DNA of 64,000 nucleotides from Escherichia coli (GCF_046105845.1 NZ_CP151004.1), one strand, 5' to 3'; positions 10,380 to 20,875 are shown, counted from the stretch's first letter. Notes: generated by a model from the sequence alone, not told the origin. Numbers and translations: made by a program.

Positions 10380-12980
10380 ATGAAAAACAGTAAGGCATTT
10401 TACCGCAGCGCATTAGCAACAGCTATTGTTATGGCTCTTTCTGCCCCAGCATTCGCTGCTGATAACGCGGTATCAACTACACCGGTTACATTGGATAAAG
10501 ATAAGACAACTCTGGATCAAGATGTTGTTATTAACGGTGATAACAAGATTACAGCCGTAACAATTGAGACGTCAGATTCAGATAAAGACCTTAATGTTAC
10601 TTTTGGCGGTCACGATATTACCGCCGCATCAACGGTAAACCAAGATTTCGTTGAAGGTGTAAAAGTTAGCGGTGACAAAAATGTTGTGATTAATGCTACA
10701 GGCTCCACCATCACAGCTCAAGGTGAAGGCACCTATGTCCGGACTGCAATGGTCATTTCTTCAACAGGCGATGTTGTTGTTAATGGCGGTAACTTTGTTG
10801 CAAAAAATGAAAAAGGTAGTGCGACAGGGATATCTCTGGAAGGGACCAAAGGAAATAATGTAACGCTCAATGGCACAACCATAAATGCTCAAGGTAAAAA
10901 TGATTCGAGCAACAGCTCTACGGCAATTTTTGCTCAAAAGGGTAGCGTATTGGATGGGCATGGCTTTAGCGGTGATGCAACCGACAACATTACCCTTGCT
11001 GGCTCAAATATTATTAATGGCCGGATTGAAACAATACTTATTGCTCAGGAGAATACGGGAACTCATACAGTCAACCTGAATATTAAGGATGGCTCAGTAA
11101 TTGGGGCGGCTAATAATAAACAAACAATTTATGCCTCTGCTTCGGCACAAGGAGCAGGTTCAGCAACGCAAAATTTAAATTTATCTGTCGCCGATTCAAC
11201 CATCTACTCTGATATCCGTGCCCTTTCTGCAAGCGAGAATTCAGCCGGTACCACAACAAATGTAAACATGAACGTTGCCCGCTCTTACTGGGAAGGTAAT
11301 GCTTATGCTTATGCTTATGCTTATGCTTATGCTGATGACGATAAAGCGAGTAGTAATCTGAATATAAATCTTTCCGATGGCTCAGTCTGGAAAGGAAATG
11401 TTGCGGGTAATACGACTACTGGCAGCACCGGTACTACAGAAAACCAGTCAGCAACCGTAAGTCTGTCTGATTCCACCTGGAAAGGTAACGTGGGTGACGG
11501 TCTGGATGGTGGTGCGCGAGTCACGCTGAAAAACTCCAGCTGGACTGGTGATGTCAGCAACGCCAAAACGGCTGTTGTTCTGACGGATGGTTCTGTGTGG
11601 AATGGTGCCATTAACAGCAATCCTGTTGCAGGAAGTCATGCAGTGGCTGCTGCCGGCAGCACTGATGCAGGTACTTTGACTCCATCTACGTTAGCCGGTC
11701 AGACAGTTGCACTTGCCGGCTCCACCTGGAATGTTACCGGTGATTCTTCTGTTCTTGGCGTCACTGCTGTAAACAGCACCATCAGTGTGAAAGATGCCTC
11801 CCTGACAACTCAGGTTCTTTCTGCAAAAGACAGCAATCTTGTTGTTGATGCAGGTACAACCAATGCTCTGAATGTCACAGGGAAAGCTACCGGTAATGTG
11901 ACAGTTTATAACGCTGGTACCGTAGACTTGAAAGATGCAAAAACAGCATTCATTACTGTTGGTGAAGGCAGTGACCTGAAAGCCACAGGCACAACGGAAG
12001 GTGGTCTGTATCAATATGACCTGACACAGGGAGCTGATGGTAACTTTTATTTCGTAAAAAACACGCATAAAGCATCCAACGCCAGCTCCGTGATTCAGGC
12101 AATGGCAGCTGCTCCGGCTAACGTCGCTAATCTGCAGGCTGACACGCTCTCCGCCCGTCAGGATGCTGTCCGTCTGAGCGAAAATGACGAGGGTGGCGTA
12201 TGGATTCAGTACTTTGGCGGTAAACAGAAACATACCACCGCAGGAAATGCATCCTATGACCTGGATGTAAACGGTGTAATGCTGGGTGGTGATACCCGCT
12301 TCATGACTGAAGATGGTAGCTGGCTGGCCGGTGTGGCGATGTCTTCTGCGAAAGGTGACATGACTACCATGCAGAGCAAAGGTGACACAGAAGGTTACAG
12401 CTTCCACGCTTACCTGAGCCGCCAGTATAACAACGGTATCTTCATTGATACTGCTGCACAGTTTGGTCACTACAGCAACACGGCAGATGTTCGCCTGATG
12501 AATGGTGGCGGTACCATCAAAGCTGACTTTAACACCAATGGTTTCGGTGCGATGGTTAAAGGCGGTTACACATGGAAAGACGGTAATGGCCTGTTTATTC
12601 AGCCATATGCCAAACTGTCTGCGCTGACGCTGGAAGGTGTGGATTATCAACTCAACGGCGTGGACGTTCATTCTGACAGCTATAACTCTGTGCTGGGTGA
12701 GGCCGGTACGCGCGTGGGTTATGACTTCGCTGTGGGCAACGCGACCGTTAAACCTTATCTGAATCTGGCCGCACTGAACGAATTCTCTGATGGCAACAAA
12801 GTCCGTCTGGGTGATGAGTCTGTCAATACCAGCATTGACGGTGCAGCATTCCGCGTGGGTGCAGGTGTACAGGCTGATATCACCAAAAACATGGGAGCAT
12901 ATGCTAGCCTTGACTACACCAAAGGTGACGACATTGAGAACCCGCTACAGGGTGTAGTTGGTATCAATGTGACCTGGTAA
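10380..12980 (+). CDS. Type Va (AIDA-I-like) autotransporter adhesin, possibly UpaE-like
   Basis: Sec signal peptide MKNSKAFYRSALATAIVMALSAPAFA; long Thr/Ser/Gly/Asn-rich beta-helical passenger; C-terminal beta-barrel ending in aromatic residue (NVTW); GGAG RBS before ATG 10380. Confidence 0.85.
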   Translation: MKNSKAFYRSALATAIVMALSAPAFAADNAVSTTPVTLDKDKTTLDQDVVINGDNKITAVTIETSDSDKDLNVTFGGHDITAASTVNQDFVEGVKVSGDKNVVINATGSTITAQGEGTYVRTAMVISSTGDVVVNGGNFVAKNEKGSATGISLEGTKGNNVTLNGTTINAQGKNDSSNSSTAIFAQKGSVLDGHGFSGDATDNITLAGSNIINGRIETILIAQENTGTHTVNLNIKDGSVIGAANNKQTIYASASAQGAGSATQNLNLSVADSTIYSDIRALSASENSAGTTTNVNMNVARSYWEGNAYAYAYAYAYADDDKASSNLNINLSDGSVWKGNVAGNTTTGSTGTTENQSATVSLSDSTWKGNVGDGLDGGARVTLKNSSWTGDVSNAKTAVVLTDGSVWNGAINSNPVAGSHAVAAAGSTDAGTLTPSTLAGQTVALAGSTWNVTGDSSVLGVTAVNSTISVKDASLTTQVLSAKDSNLVVDAGTTNALNVTGKATGNVTVYNAGTVDLKDAKTAFITVGEGSDLKATGTTEGGLYQYDLTQGADGNFYFVKNTHKASNASSVIQAMAAAPANVANLQADTLSARQDAVRLSENDEGGVWIQYFGGKQKHTTAGNASYDLDVNGVMLGGDTRFMTEDGSWLAGVAMSSAKGDMTTMQSKGDTEGYSFHAYLSRQYNNGIFIDTAAQFGHYSNTADVRLMNGGGTIKADFNTNGFGAMVKGGYTWKDGNGLFIQPYAKLSALTLEGVDYQLNGVDVHSDSYNSVLGEAGTRVGYDFAVGNATVKPYLNLAALNEFSDGNKVRLGDESVNTSIDGAAFRVGAGVQADITKNMGAYASLDYTKGDDIENPLQGVVGINVTW
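11301..11330 (+). repeat. Perfect hexanucleotide tandem repeat (GCTTAT)x5 inside the autotransporter passenger region, encoding (AY)n
   Basis: Read directly; in-frame simple sequence repeat. Confidence 0.95.
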
Positions 12981-13018
12981 GAATAAAGCAGTCGGTTCCC
13001 CTGTCGACTGTTATACCC

Positions 13019-13047
13019 CCTGCAGGCAGCATACTGCTGCCTGCAGG
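13019..13047. terminator. Perfect 13-bp stem hairpin (cctgcaggcagca-tac-tgctgcctgcagg) 3' of the autotransporter; no clear U-tract
   Basis: Seen directly 39 bp after the stop codon at 12980. Confidence 0.45.
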
Positions 13048-13161
13048 CCATAAATATCCAGTATTCATGATGCTGGTTTTTTGCTGATATTTAACCCGAA
13101 CACTCCTGATACAGACTATTAATTCATTTATCTGCGACAGATTTCATTTTCTGGATATATT

Positions 13162-13830
13162 ATGAGTGAACAAATCAAACAGGATATCGATCTGATTGAG
13201 ATTTTATTTTATCTGAAGAAAAAGATTCGTGTTATCCTTTTTATTATAGCTATCTGTATGGCAATGGTGCTTTTATTTCTGTATATCAATAAAGATAATA
13301 TAAAAGTGAGTTACAGCCTAAAAATAAATCAGACAACACCAGGCATACTTGTTAACTGTGATAGCAATAATAACTTTGCCTGTCAGACCACAATGACTGA
13401 AGATGTTATACAGCGAATTACTACATTTTTTCACACCAGCCCAGATGTCAAGAACAGAGAAATAAAGCTGGAATGGTCAGGAGATAAGAGAGATTTACCA
13501 ACTGCTGAAGCGGAAATATCTCGCGTGCAGGCGTCTATCATCAAATGGTATGCGTCAGAATACCATAATGGCAGGCAAGTTCTCGATGAGATACAAACGC
13601 CTTCAGCAATTAACAGTGAGCTTTATACAAAAATGATATACCTGACCAGGAACTGGTCACTGTATCCAAACGGTGATGGCTGTGTCACTATAAGCTCACC
13701 AGAAATAAAAAATAAATACCCTGCTGCCATTTGCCTGATTCTGGGATTTTTTCTAAGCATTGTGATTTCTGTAATGTTTTGCCTTGTCAAAAAAATGGTA
13801 GATGAATACCAACAAAACTCTGGGCAGTAA
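13162..13830 (+). CDS. ykgH: Inner-membrane protein YkgH-like
   Basis: 222-aa ORF with two predicted TM segments; position next to ykgG and length match recalled K-12 YkgH. Confidence 0.6.
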   Translation: MSEQIKQDIDLIEILFYLKKKIRVILFIIAICMAMVLLFLYINKDNIKVSYSLKINQTTPGILVNCDSNNNFACQTTMTEDVIQRITTFFHTSPDVKNREIKLEWSGDKRDLPTAEAEISRVQASIIKWYASEYHNGRQVLDEIQTPSAINSELYTKMIYLTRNWSLYPNGDGCVTISSPEIKNKYPAAICLILGFFLSIVISVMFCLVKKMVDEYQQNSGQ

Positions 13831-14072
13831 TAAACAGCATTCTGATAGAGAGTGCCTGTATAAAGCTGAAGTGACAATGACCGGGAAGGGAACCCGTTTT
13901 CAGGAATGGATGCCTGTCTTTTTCACTGTAAATATCCTGGCATTACTAATGCCAGGATATTTAAAGAAGAGGAGCATAACCATGACGGAACGGGGTTAAG
14001 TCAGGTTGTCCTAAACGCTATTTTCAACCTCGTATGCCTTCTTCAGGTTTATGTCCAGACTTCATATCTCTC

Positions 14073-14768
14073 TCAACAATCCTCAATAATCAGATACACC
14101 GCTTTCACCGGGCCATGAACTCCGACGACTTTGATAAGCTCAATATCCGCCGTTGAACTAGGGCCGCTAATGATGTTAATGCAGGACGGCATGCGTTCAC
14201 CGGCCTGCGCTTTCTGATGCAATTTTTCTGCGAGTTGCGCTACACGCGGCAGGATTGTGCTTTTACGCAGGATAAAAAGAGAAGATTCCGGGAGCAGGCT
14301 CAATGAACGCCCGCGCCCGGCGGCGGAAAAAAGAACCACGCCTCCCGATTCGGTTAAACCATATTCAGCATACACTACGCCAACTTTAGCCTGCTCTGCT
14401 TGTGATATGTTCTCAATACCTTTCGCCGGATCCCAAACAACGGCATTGCATTCCTGCTGCAAACGTTCGCTAATCCCCAATTCCTCCAGCCTCGTGTCAC
14501 CACTAATCACGACCGACTGATCTCCCAGCTCTTTACACAGTCGTATTGCAGCTTCTGCCGCCTTCGCCTCGCTGGTCAGTTCACAGCGCGTCAGCATAAC
14601 ATCGCTGGCAAACTGGATAAACGCGTCACAGCGCTGCTGTTGGGTAAGTTGGGTAAGCCGCTCGTTAGCATAGTTGTTAAGCGGCGCATCTTCTGCTTGC
14701 GGTTCAAGTCGCAGCGGGCGACCCAGTGCCTGAGCAACGTTATTCAAAAATTCGCTCCGATTATCCAT
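14073..14768 (-). CDS. ykgG: LutC-family lactate utilisation protein YkgG
   Basis: 231 aa from MDNRSEFLNNVAQALG; start overlaps ykgF stop by 8 bp (operon coupling). Confidence 0.85.
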   Translation of the reverse strand: MDNRSEFLNNVAQALGRPLRLEPQAEDAPLNNYANERLTQLTQQQRCDAFIQFASDVMLTRCELTSEAKAAEAAIRLCKELGDQSVVISGDTRLEELGISERLQQECNAVVWDPAKGIENISQAEQAKVGVVYAEYGLTESGGVVLFSAAGRGRSLSLLPESSLFILRKSTILPRVAQLAEKLHQKAQAGERMPSCINIISGPSSTADIELIKVVGVHGPVKAVYLIIEDC

Positions 14769-16188
14769 TCTTTTTCTCCTGCGCCTGATGTTTCTTAAAC
14801 CAACTACGGAAACTCTCTCCGTCAGCTTCAGGAAGATCGCGTGCTTCCATCCAGTCGCTAATCGCGCCAAATTTGAGTGGTGTTTTGCCGCCATTGATAA
14901 ACCAGCTTGCCGCATGAGCACCGGCCATCATCCCGACTTTCCACAATCCTGGATGACTATTGGCATAAGCGAACATTTTTATCGCCCGTTGCTCTGCTTT
15001 TGCGGTGATCCCTTTTTCAGCCATCACCCGACGATGACGCAAAATCAGTTTTGACAGCGGAATACGCACCGGACACACGCTGTCACAAGCAGTGCATAAA
15101 GAGCAGGCGTAGGGTAAATCTTTAAAATCTTTATAGCCGCCAAGTAGCGGAGAAATCACCGCACCAATTGGCCCTGGATAAATAGAGCCATATCCATGAC
15201 CGCCAATATGGCGATATGCCGGACAAGTATTCATACAAGCCCCGCAGCGAATACAGCGCAGCACATCCCGAAATTCAGAGGCCAGCACCTCAGAACGCCC
15301 GTTATCGACAATAACCAGATGAAACTCTTCAGGACCATCAACGTGCCCCGCTTCGCGCGGTCCTGTCAGCCAGGTGTTGTATCCCGTCAAACGTGCACCA
15401 ACGGCACTGCGCGCCAGCATGGTGATCAATACATCTACCTCGGCAAACGTGGGGGCAATACGCTCCATTCCCATCACTGCAATATGCGTTTTAGGCAGCG
15501 TGGTACACATTCGCGCATTACCTTCATTGGTCACCAGGCATACCGAACCGGTCTCTGCCACCGCGAAATTACAGCCGGTAATACCTATTTCAGCACTGAG
15601 GAAATCTTCGCGGATTTTTTGCCGGATGAATAAGGTCATTGCTTCAGGCGTTTCCGACCCCTCATAGCCCAGACGTTCGTGTAGCACCCGACGGATCTGA
15701 TGGCGATCTTTATGAATTGCCGGGACCACAACATGAGAGGGCGGATCTTGATCCAGCTGGAGAATGTATTCACCCAGATCGGTTTCAATCACCTGAATGC
15801 CAGCATCCTGCAACACATGATTGACACCAATCTCTTCGGTCACCATCGATTTAGATTTCACCACCTTCCGGGCATTTTTGCGTTGGGCAACCTGTAAAAT
15901 GTAGCGGGTAGCGTCTTCTTTGGTTTTTGCAAAATAGACGTGACCGCCGTTTTGCGTCACTTTTTCTGAGAGCTGGTACAGATAAGCGTCGAGATTACTC
16001 AGAACATGATCACGTATCTGGGCGGCCCGATCGCGCCACTCCTCCCAGTGCCCCAATTCATCGACCATTTTTTGCCGATTTGCCCCAATACGCTGCTGCG
16101 CGTTTGCCACCGCTTTGCGCATGATCGGATCTTCAATTTGCTGACGGATGCGTGTCTTAAAATCTGTATTACTGGTTTTGATCGACAT
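14761..16188 (-). CDS. ykgF: LutB-family iron-sulfur oxidoreductase YkgF
   Basis: 475 aa; two 4Fe-4S ferredoxin-type Cys clusters (CIRCGACMNTCP, CSLCTACDSVCP). Confidence 0.9.
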   Translation of the reverse strand: MSIKTSNTDFKTRIRQQIEDPIMRKAVANAQQRIGANRQKMVDELGHWEEWRDRAAQIRDHVLSNLDAYLYQLSEKVTQNGGHVYFAKTKEDATRYILQVAQRKNARKVVKSKSMVTEEIGVNHVLQDAGIQVIETDLGEYILQLDQDPPSHVVVPAIHKDRHQIRRVLHERLGYEGSETPEAMTLFIRQKIREDFLSAEIGITGCNFAVAETGSVCLVTNEGNARMCTTLPKTHIAVMGMERIAPTFAEVDVLITMLARSAVGARLTGYNTWLTGPREAGHVDGPEEFHLVIVDNGRSEVLASEFRDVLRCIRCGACMNTCPAYRHIGGHGYGSIYPGPIGAVISPLLGGYKDFKDLPYACSLCTACDSVCPVRIPLSKLILRHRRVMAEKGITAKAEQRAIKMFAYANSHPGLWKVGMMAGAHAASWFINGGKTPLKFGAISDWMEARDLPEADGESFRSWFKKHQAQEKKNG

Positions 16189-16198
16189 CTTTATATCC

Positions 16199-16918
16199 TC
16201 AGCGGCTCATCAACACTTCAGCAATATGCATCACTTTGACTTTCTGCCCTTCCCGTTGTAATCGCCCACTGATGTTCAGCAGGCAACTCACGTCAGCACC
16301 AATTAAAAACTCAGGGCGGACTTCCATCAGGTGCGCAACCTTTTCTTTCACCATCTCGCCGGATATTTCGGCCATTTTGACCGAGAACGTGCCGCCAAAT
16401 CCGCAGCAGGTATCCTGTTCAGCAAAGGTCAACAGCTCCAGTCCACGCACATTTTTCAGCAGCGTAAGTGGCTCGTCCTTCACCCCCAGCTTACGGGCCA
16501 GGCTACAAGATGGGTGATACACCGCTCTCCCTTGCAAACTGGCACCTACATCGACTACCCCTAATGTATTAACAATAAAAGAGGTGAGATCCTGCATACG
16601 CGCGGCAACCTTTTCGGCACGTGATGCCCATTCAGGTTCATCCGCCAGATAAGTTGGGTAACTTTTTACGGCATAGGTACAGGAGCCAGCCGGTGAAATA
16701 ATGGGATCGTCGTTATCCTCCAGTGCGGCGATCAGATTTTTCATCCCTGGAATCGCTTCTTTGATATAACCACTATTGATCGCAGGCTGACCGCAGCATC
16801 CCTGTTTCTCCGGGAAATTTACGCGACAGCCGAGTTTTTCCAGTAGCAGCACGGAGTCTCGTGCCATTCTTGATTTCAGGGCGTCACCAATACAGGTGAC
16901 AAAGAAATTGACATTCAC
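16199..16918 (-). CDS. ykgE: LutA-family Cys-rich oxidoreductase subunit YkgE
   Basis: 239 aa with CCG-domain motifs (CCGQP, CCGFGG); first gene of ykgEFG. Confidence 0.9.
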   Translation of the reverse strand: MNVNFFVTCIGDALKSRMARDSVLLLEKLGCRVNFPEKQGCCGQPAINSGYIKEAIPGMKNLIAALEDNDDPIISPAGSCTYAVKSYPTYLADEPEWASRAEKVAARMQDLTSFIVNTLGVVDVGASLQGRAVYHPSCSLARKLGVKDEPLTLLKNVRGLELLTFAEQDTCCGFGGTFSVKMAEISGEMVKEKVAHLMEVRPEFLIGADVSCLLNISGRLQREGQKVKVMHIAEVLMSR

Positions 16919-17445
16919 AACTAATACTCCATTACTTCATGCCCATTTATGCCCGATGGTTCCCCCTTCCGGGGGAGCAATCATCAATAAATATGGCGTT
17001 CTTTTTTAATTGGCTAGCAACATACCACCCCTCATTTGTATGACAAATGATAATCTTTCATCCAAACTTCAAATGCAATAACTAATTTTATTTCTTTCGG
17101 CATCGCTCACATTTTATGGGGAAATCGACGATCATTTTTGGCATAAGAAATCCATTTAAAAATGGCTACATCCCTTATACCTATTCAGAGCTACTTATTC
17201 AGGGGTTATTGAGATATACACTGATGGTGTACAAACAAAATCACCGACAATAATCACGTATCAAGTAATAGTCGGGATTTTATTTAATTGAAGCAATTTA
17301 GTTTGCATTTTTATTTAAAAACTGAGCTAGAGTCCATCAGAAAAAAATATATAAAGCCCAAACCACCGTTGGAAATAGAAATAGTTGAAAGGCTCACAAC
17401 TCCCGGAATGCGGATTATCTTTGCCCTGATTTCTGGCGGTTTTAT

Positions 17446-18300
17446 TCAGGGTGCAAGCTGTCTGACCCTTTCCCGATATTCTCCCGGAGTACAACCAAAC
17501 TCGCGGACAAACGCCTTGTGAAAAGATGATTCACTGGCATAGCCTACTGACTCAGCGATCACCACAACAGGGAGCATTTCCCGGGAAAACATCTGGGCCG
17601 CTATTTGTAGACGCAACTTTGTTAATACAGCCAGCGGCGTGGTTCCGGAAACATCACGGAAAAGCTGGGCAAAACTTGCCCGGGACATGTGGGCGATGCT
17701 GGCCAGCGATTCGACGGTCCAGGCGTGTCCTGGCATTTCCAGCATTTGCTGTATTACCGCACCAAGACGTGGATGCAGAAGCAAACTGAGAATGTTTTTC
17801 TCAGTATTAACCTGTGCAATCCACTCACGCACCGCGAGGGTAAAGAATGTAGCGCAGATCTGGCTACACAGAGCATCCACTCCCGGCATTGCCGATCTGG
17901 ATTCCTGTTGTAAAAACGGGATCGCCTCCCTCAGCCAGTTATATTCCACGCTATGGTTCACTGGTGCTACAAACAGCGTTTCCGGCAAAGACGTTAAAAA
18001 ATAACGCGCCGAATGTTGCAGCCGAAGAGTGCCACAGACAATACAGGTCGATTCATTATCGACATGACTCAGGCGATGAGCTGAATTTTGTGGTAGCAGG
18101 ACCACATTTCCCGGGCGTAATGTAAAAATCTCTCCCGTCGGCATTTCCAGCTTCGCCGCTCCTTGCGTTAACGCATGCCAACGAATAACCGACAATTCCC
18201 CGGCACCATGTGGAAGTTGCCAGTCACTTCCTAACACGCAATTCTTATCGATCGTTCCTTGTGGAGCGTTAAGCATCAACAAACGGCTAAGAGCATCCAT
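17446..18300 (-). CDS. rclR: AraC-family reactive-chlorine-responsive activator RclR
   Basis: 284 aa from MDALSRLLMLNAPQG; C-terminal AraC HTH; divergent from rclA. Confidence 0.88.
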   Translation of the reverse strand: MDALSRLLMLNAPQGTIDKNCVLGSDWQLPHGAGELSVIRWHALTQGAAKLEMPTGEIFTLRPGNVVLLPQNSAHRLSHVDNESTCIVCGTLRLQHSARYFLTSLPETLFVAPVNHSVEYNWLREAIPFLQQESRSAMPGVDALCSQICATFFTLAVREWIAQVNTEKNILSLLLHPRLGAVIQQMLEMPGHAWTVESLASIAHMSRASFAQLFRDVSGTTPLAVLTKLRLQIAAQMFSREMLPVVVIAESVGYASESSFHKAFVREFGCTPGEYRERVRQLAP

Positions 18301-18526
18301 ATCAGACTCCTGAGTAGTTTTTTGATTACAAACACCAACAATCTTAGTCAATAATTAATCTAATACCATCAAATAGTTAATCATGATTTTTGTTTTGTGA
18401 TTCTGATTAAGAAAAAGAAAATACCAGACGATAAGACAAAATATCAAGCGTTGTGAAGAAATGTTATTTGCTCTTTTGCGTCTATAGTCATGATGTCAAA
18501 TGAACGCGTTTCGACAGGAAATCATC

Positions 18527-19852
18527 ATGAATAAATATCAGGCAGTTATTATTGGTTTTGGCAAGGCTGGAAAAACATTAGCCGTCACGCTGGCAAAAGC
18601 AGGTTGGCGTGTGGCTCTCATCGAACAATCAAATGCAATGTATGGCGGGACCTGTATTAATATCGGCTGTATCCCAACCAAAACATTGGTTCATGACGCA
18701 CAGCAGCACACAGATTTTGTCCGTGCCATACAGCGTAAAAATGAAGTGGTTAATTTTTTACGTAATAAGAATTTTCATAATCTTGCGGATATGCCCAATA
18801 TCGACGTGATCGACGGCCAGGCGGAGTTTATCAATAATCATAGCCTGCGTGTTCATCGGCCTGAGGGAAATCTGGAAATTCATGGCGAGAAAATTTTTAT
18901 TAATACCGGTGCACAAACCGTGGTTCCGCCAATTCCTGAAATTACCACCACGCCTGGTGTATATGACAGCACCGGATTACTTAATCTAAAAGAATTGCCT
19001 GGGCATTTAGGTATTTTGGGCGGCGGATATATTGGCGTTGAGTTCGCCTCTATGTTCGCTAATTTTGGCAGCAAGGTAACCATTTTAGAAGCAGCTTCGC
19101 TGTTTTTGCCTCGGGAAGATCGGGATATTGCTGATAATATCGCGACGATTTTACGCGATCAGGGCGTCGATATTATCCTCAATGCCCATGTGGAGCGAAT
19201 CAGTCACCATGAAAATCAAGTGCAAGTGCATAGCGAGCACGCCCAACTGGCGGTGGATGCACTGTTAATAGCTTCCGGTCGTCAACCGGCTACCGCTTCG
19301 TTACATCCAGAAAATGCCGGTATCGCAGTAAACGAGCGCGGGGCAATTGTCGTTGACAAGCGATTACATACCACCGCAGACAATATTTGGGCGATGGGAG
19401 ATGTTACCGGCGGGCTGCAATTTACTTATATTTCACTGGATGATTACCGCATTGTGCGTGATGAGTTGCTGGGAGAAGGCAGACGTAGTACTGATGATCG
19501 GAAAAATGTGCCTTATTCCGTATTCATGACACCGCCACTGTCCAGGGTTGGTATGACAGAAGAACAGGCCAGAGAGAGTGGTGCTGATATTCAGGTGGTG
19601 ACATTGCCTGTAGCTGCAATTCCGCGTGCCAGAGTGATGAATGATACTCGTGGGGTATTAAAAGCGATTGTTGATAATAAAACCCAACGTATATTAGGGG
19701 CATCACTGCTGTGTGTTGACTCCCACGAGATGATTAATATAGTGAAAATGGTGATGGATGCCGGGCTGCCTTATAGCATATTACGCGATCAGATATTTAC
19801 TCATCCGTCGATGAGCGAATCACTCAATGATCTATTTTCATTAGTCAAATAA
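18527..19852 (+). CDS. rclA: Pyridine nucleotide-disulfide oxidoreductase RclA
   Basis: 441 aa from MNKYQAVIIGFGKAGK; FAD-binding GxGxxG and redox-active CINIGC motif. Confidence 0.9.
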   Translation: MNKYQAVIIGFGKAGKTLAVTLAKAGWRVALIEQSNAMYGGTCINIGCIPTKTLVHDAQQHTDFVRAIQRKNEVVNFLRNKNFHNLADMPNIDVIDGQAEFINNHSLRVHRPEGNLEIHGEKIFINTGAQTVVPPIPEITTTPGVYDSTGLLNLKELPGHLGILGGGYIGVEFASMFANFGSKVTILEAASLFLPREDRDIADNIATILRDQGVDIILNAHVERISHHENQVQVHSEHAQLAVDALLIASGRQPATASLHPENAGIAVNERGAIVVDKRLHTTADNIWAMGDVTGGLQFTYISLDDYRIVRDELLGEGRRSTDDRKNVPYSVFMTPPLSRVGMTEEQARESGADIQVVTLPVAAIPRARVMNDTRGVLKAIVDNKTQRILGASLLCVDSHEMINIVKMVMDAGLPYSILRDQIFTHPSMSESLNDLFSLVK

Positions 19853-19960
19853 ACTCAAAATCAGACGCCAGAACAAATATTCTGGCGTTTCAGAGAAAAG
19901 AATCTTATTCATTCCCTGTTACTCTCTAACTTCTTAATCACTTCATTGATGGTATTTTAT

Positions 19961-20197
19961 ATGTTTAAAAAATCTGTTTTATTTGCAACACTATTATCTG
20001 GCGTTATGGCTTTTTCCACCAATGCAGATGATAAAATAATTCTGAAACATATCAGCGTTTCGTCAGTATCAGCATCACCGACAGTTCTGGAGGATGCCAT
20101 TGCTGATATGGCCAGAAAATATAATGCTTCATCCTGGAAAGTCACATCGATGCGAATTGATAATAATTCAACCGCAACAGCAGTATTGTATAAATAA
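19961..20197 (+). CDS. rclB: Small periplasmic protein RclB
   Basis: 78 aa with signal peptide, immediately downstream of rclA. Confidence 0.8.
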   Translation: MFKKSVLFATLLSGVMAFSTNADDKIILKHISVSSVSASPTVLEDAIADMARKYNASSWKVTSMRIDNNSTATAVLYK

Positions 20198-20208
20198 GGA
20201 TGTTTACA

Positions 20209-20802
20209 ATGGAGAAATACCTGCACCTGTTAAGTCGGGGAGATAAAATTGGCCTGACATTGATTCGTCTGAGTATTGCGATTGTTTTTATGTGGATTGG
20301 GTTATTAAAGTTTGTCCCTTACGAGGCAGACAGCATTACACCATTCGTCGCAAACAGTCCACTAATGTCGTTCTTTTATGAACACCCGGAAGACTATAAA
20401 CAGTATCTGACTCACGAAGGCGAATACAAACCAGAAGCAAGGGCATGGCAATCGGCCAATAATACCTATGGTTTTTCCAACGGTCTTGGCGTCGTGGAGG
20501 TGATTATTGCTCTGCTGGTTTTGGCTAATCCTGTCAATCGCTGGTTAGGTTTATTGGGAGGGCTGATGGCATTTACCACACCGTTGGTAACACTCTCATT
20601 TTTAATCACCACCCCGGAGGCATGGGTACCCGCATTGGGTGACGCTCATCATGGTTTCCCTTATTTATCTGGTGCTGGTCGCCTGGTATTGAAAGATACT
20701 CTGATGCTGGCAGGTGCTGTCATGATAATGGCAGATTCGGCGCGGGAAATTCTTAAACAACGCAGTAATGAATCCAGTTCAACGTTAAAAACTGAATATT
20801 GA
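20209..20802 (+). CDS. rclC: Inner-membrane protein RclC
   Basis: 197 aa multi-TM protein completing rclABC. Confidence 0.8.
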   Translation: MEKYLHLLSRGDKIGLTLIRLSIAIVFMWIGLLKFVPYEADSITPFVANSPLMSFFYEHPEDYKQYLTHEGEYKPEARAWQSANNTYGFSNGLGVVEVIIALLVLANPVNRWLGLLGGLMAFTTPLVTLSFLITTPEAWVPALGDAHHGFPYLSGAGRLVLKDTLMLAGAVMIMADSAREILKQRSNESSSTLKTEY

Positions 20803-20835
20803 TAATCCGAACACTGTCTGTTGTTCACTTTTTCA

Positions 20836-20875
20836 GGCGTCAGGCTTTCCTTGCTAATGGGTGAAGCCTGACGCC
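20836..20875. terminator. 12-bp stem hairpin (ggcgtcaggctt...aagcctgacgcc) between convergent rclC and aldo-keto reductase gene
   Basis: Inverted repeat seen directly between convergent gene ends; no strong U-tract. Confidence 0.4.

Noticed and set aside
11295-11336. Possible CRISPR-like or IS-related repeat
   Set aside because: It is a simple hexanucleotide microsatellite within a CDS; no spacer-repeat architecture and no cas genes anywhere in the window.
11691-12671. 326-aa minus-strand ORF inside the autotransporter gene
   Set aside because: Entirely antisense to a high-confidence CDS; Cys-rich low-complexity translation typical of antisense frames of Gly/Thr-rich genes; no RBS or homology.
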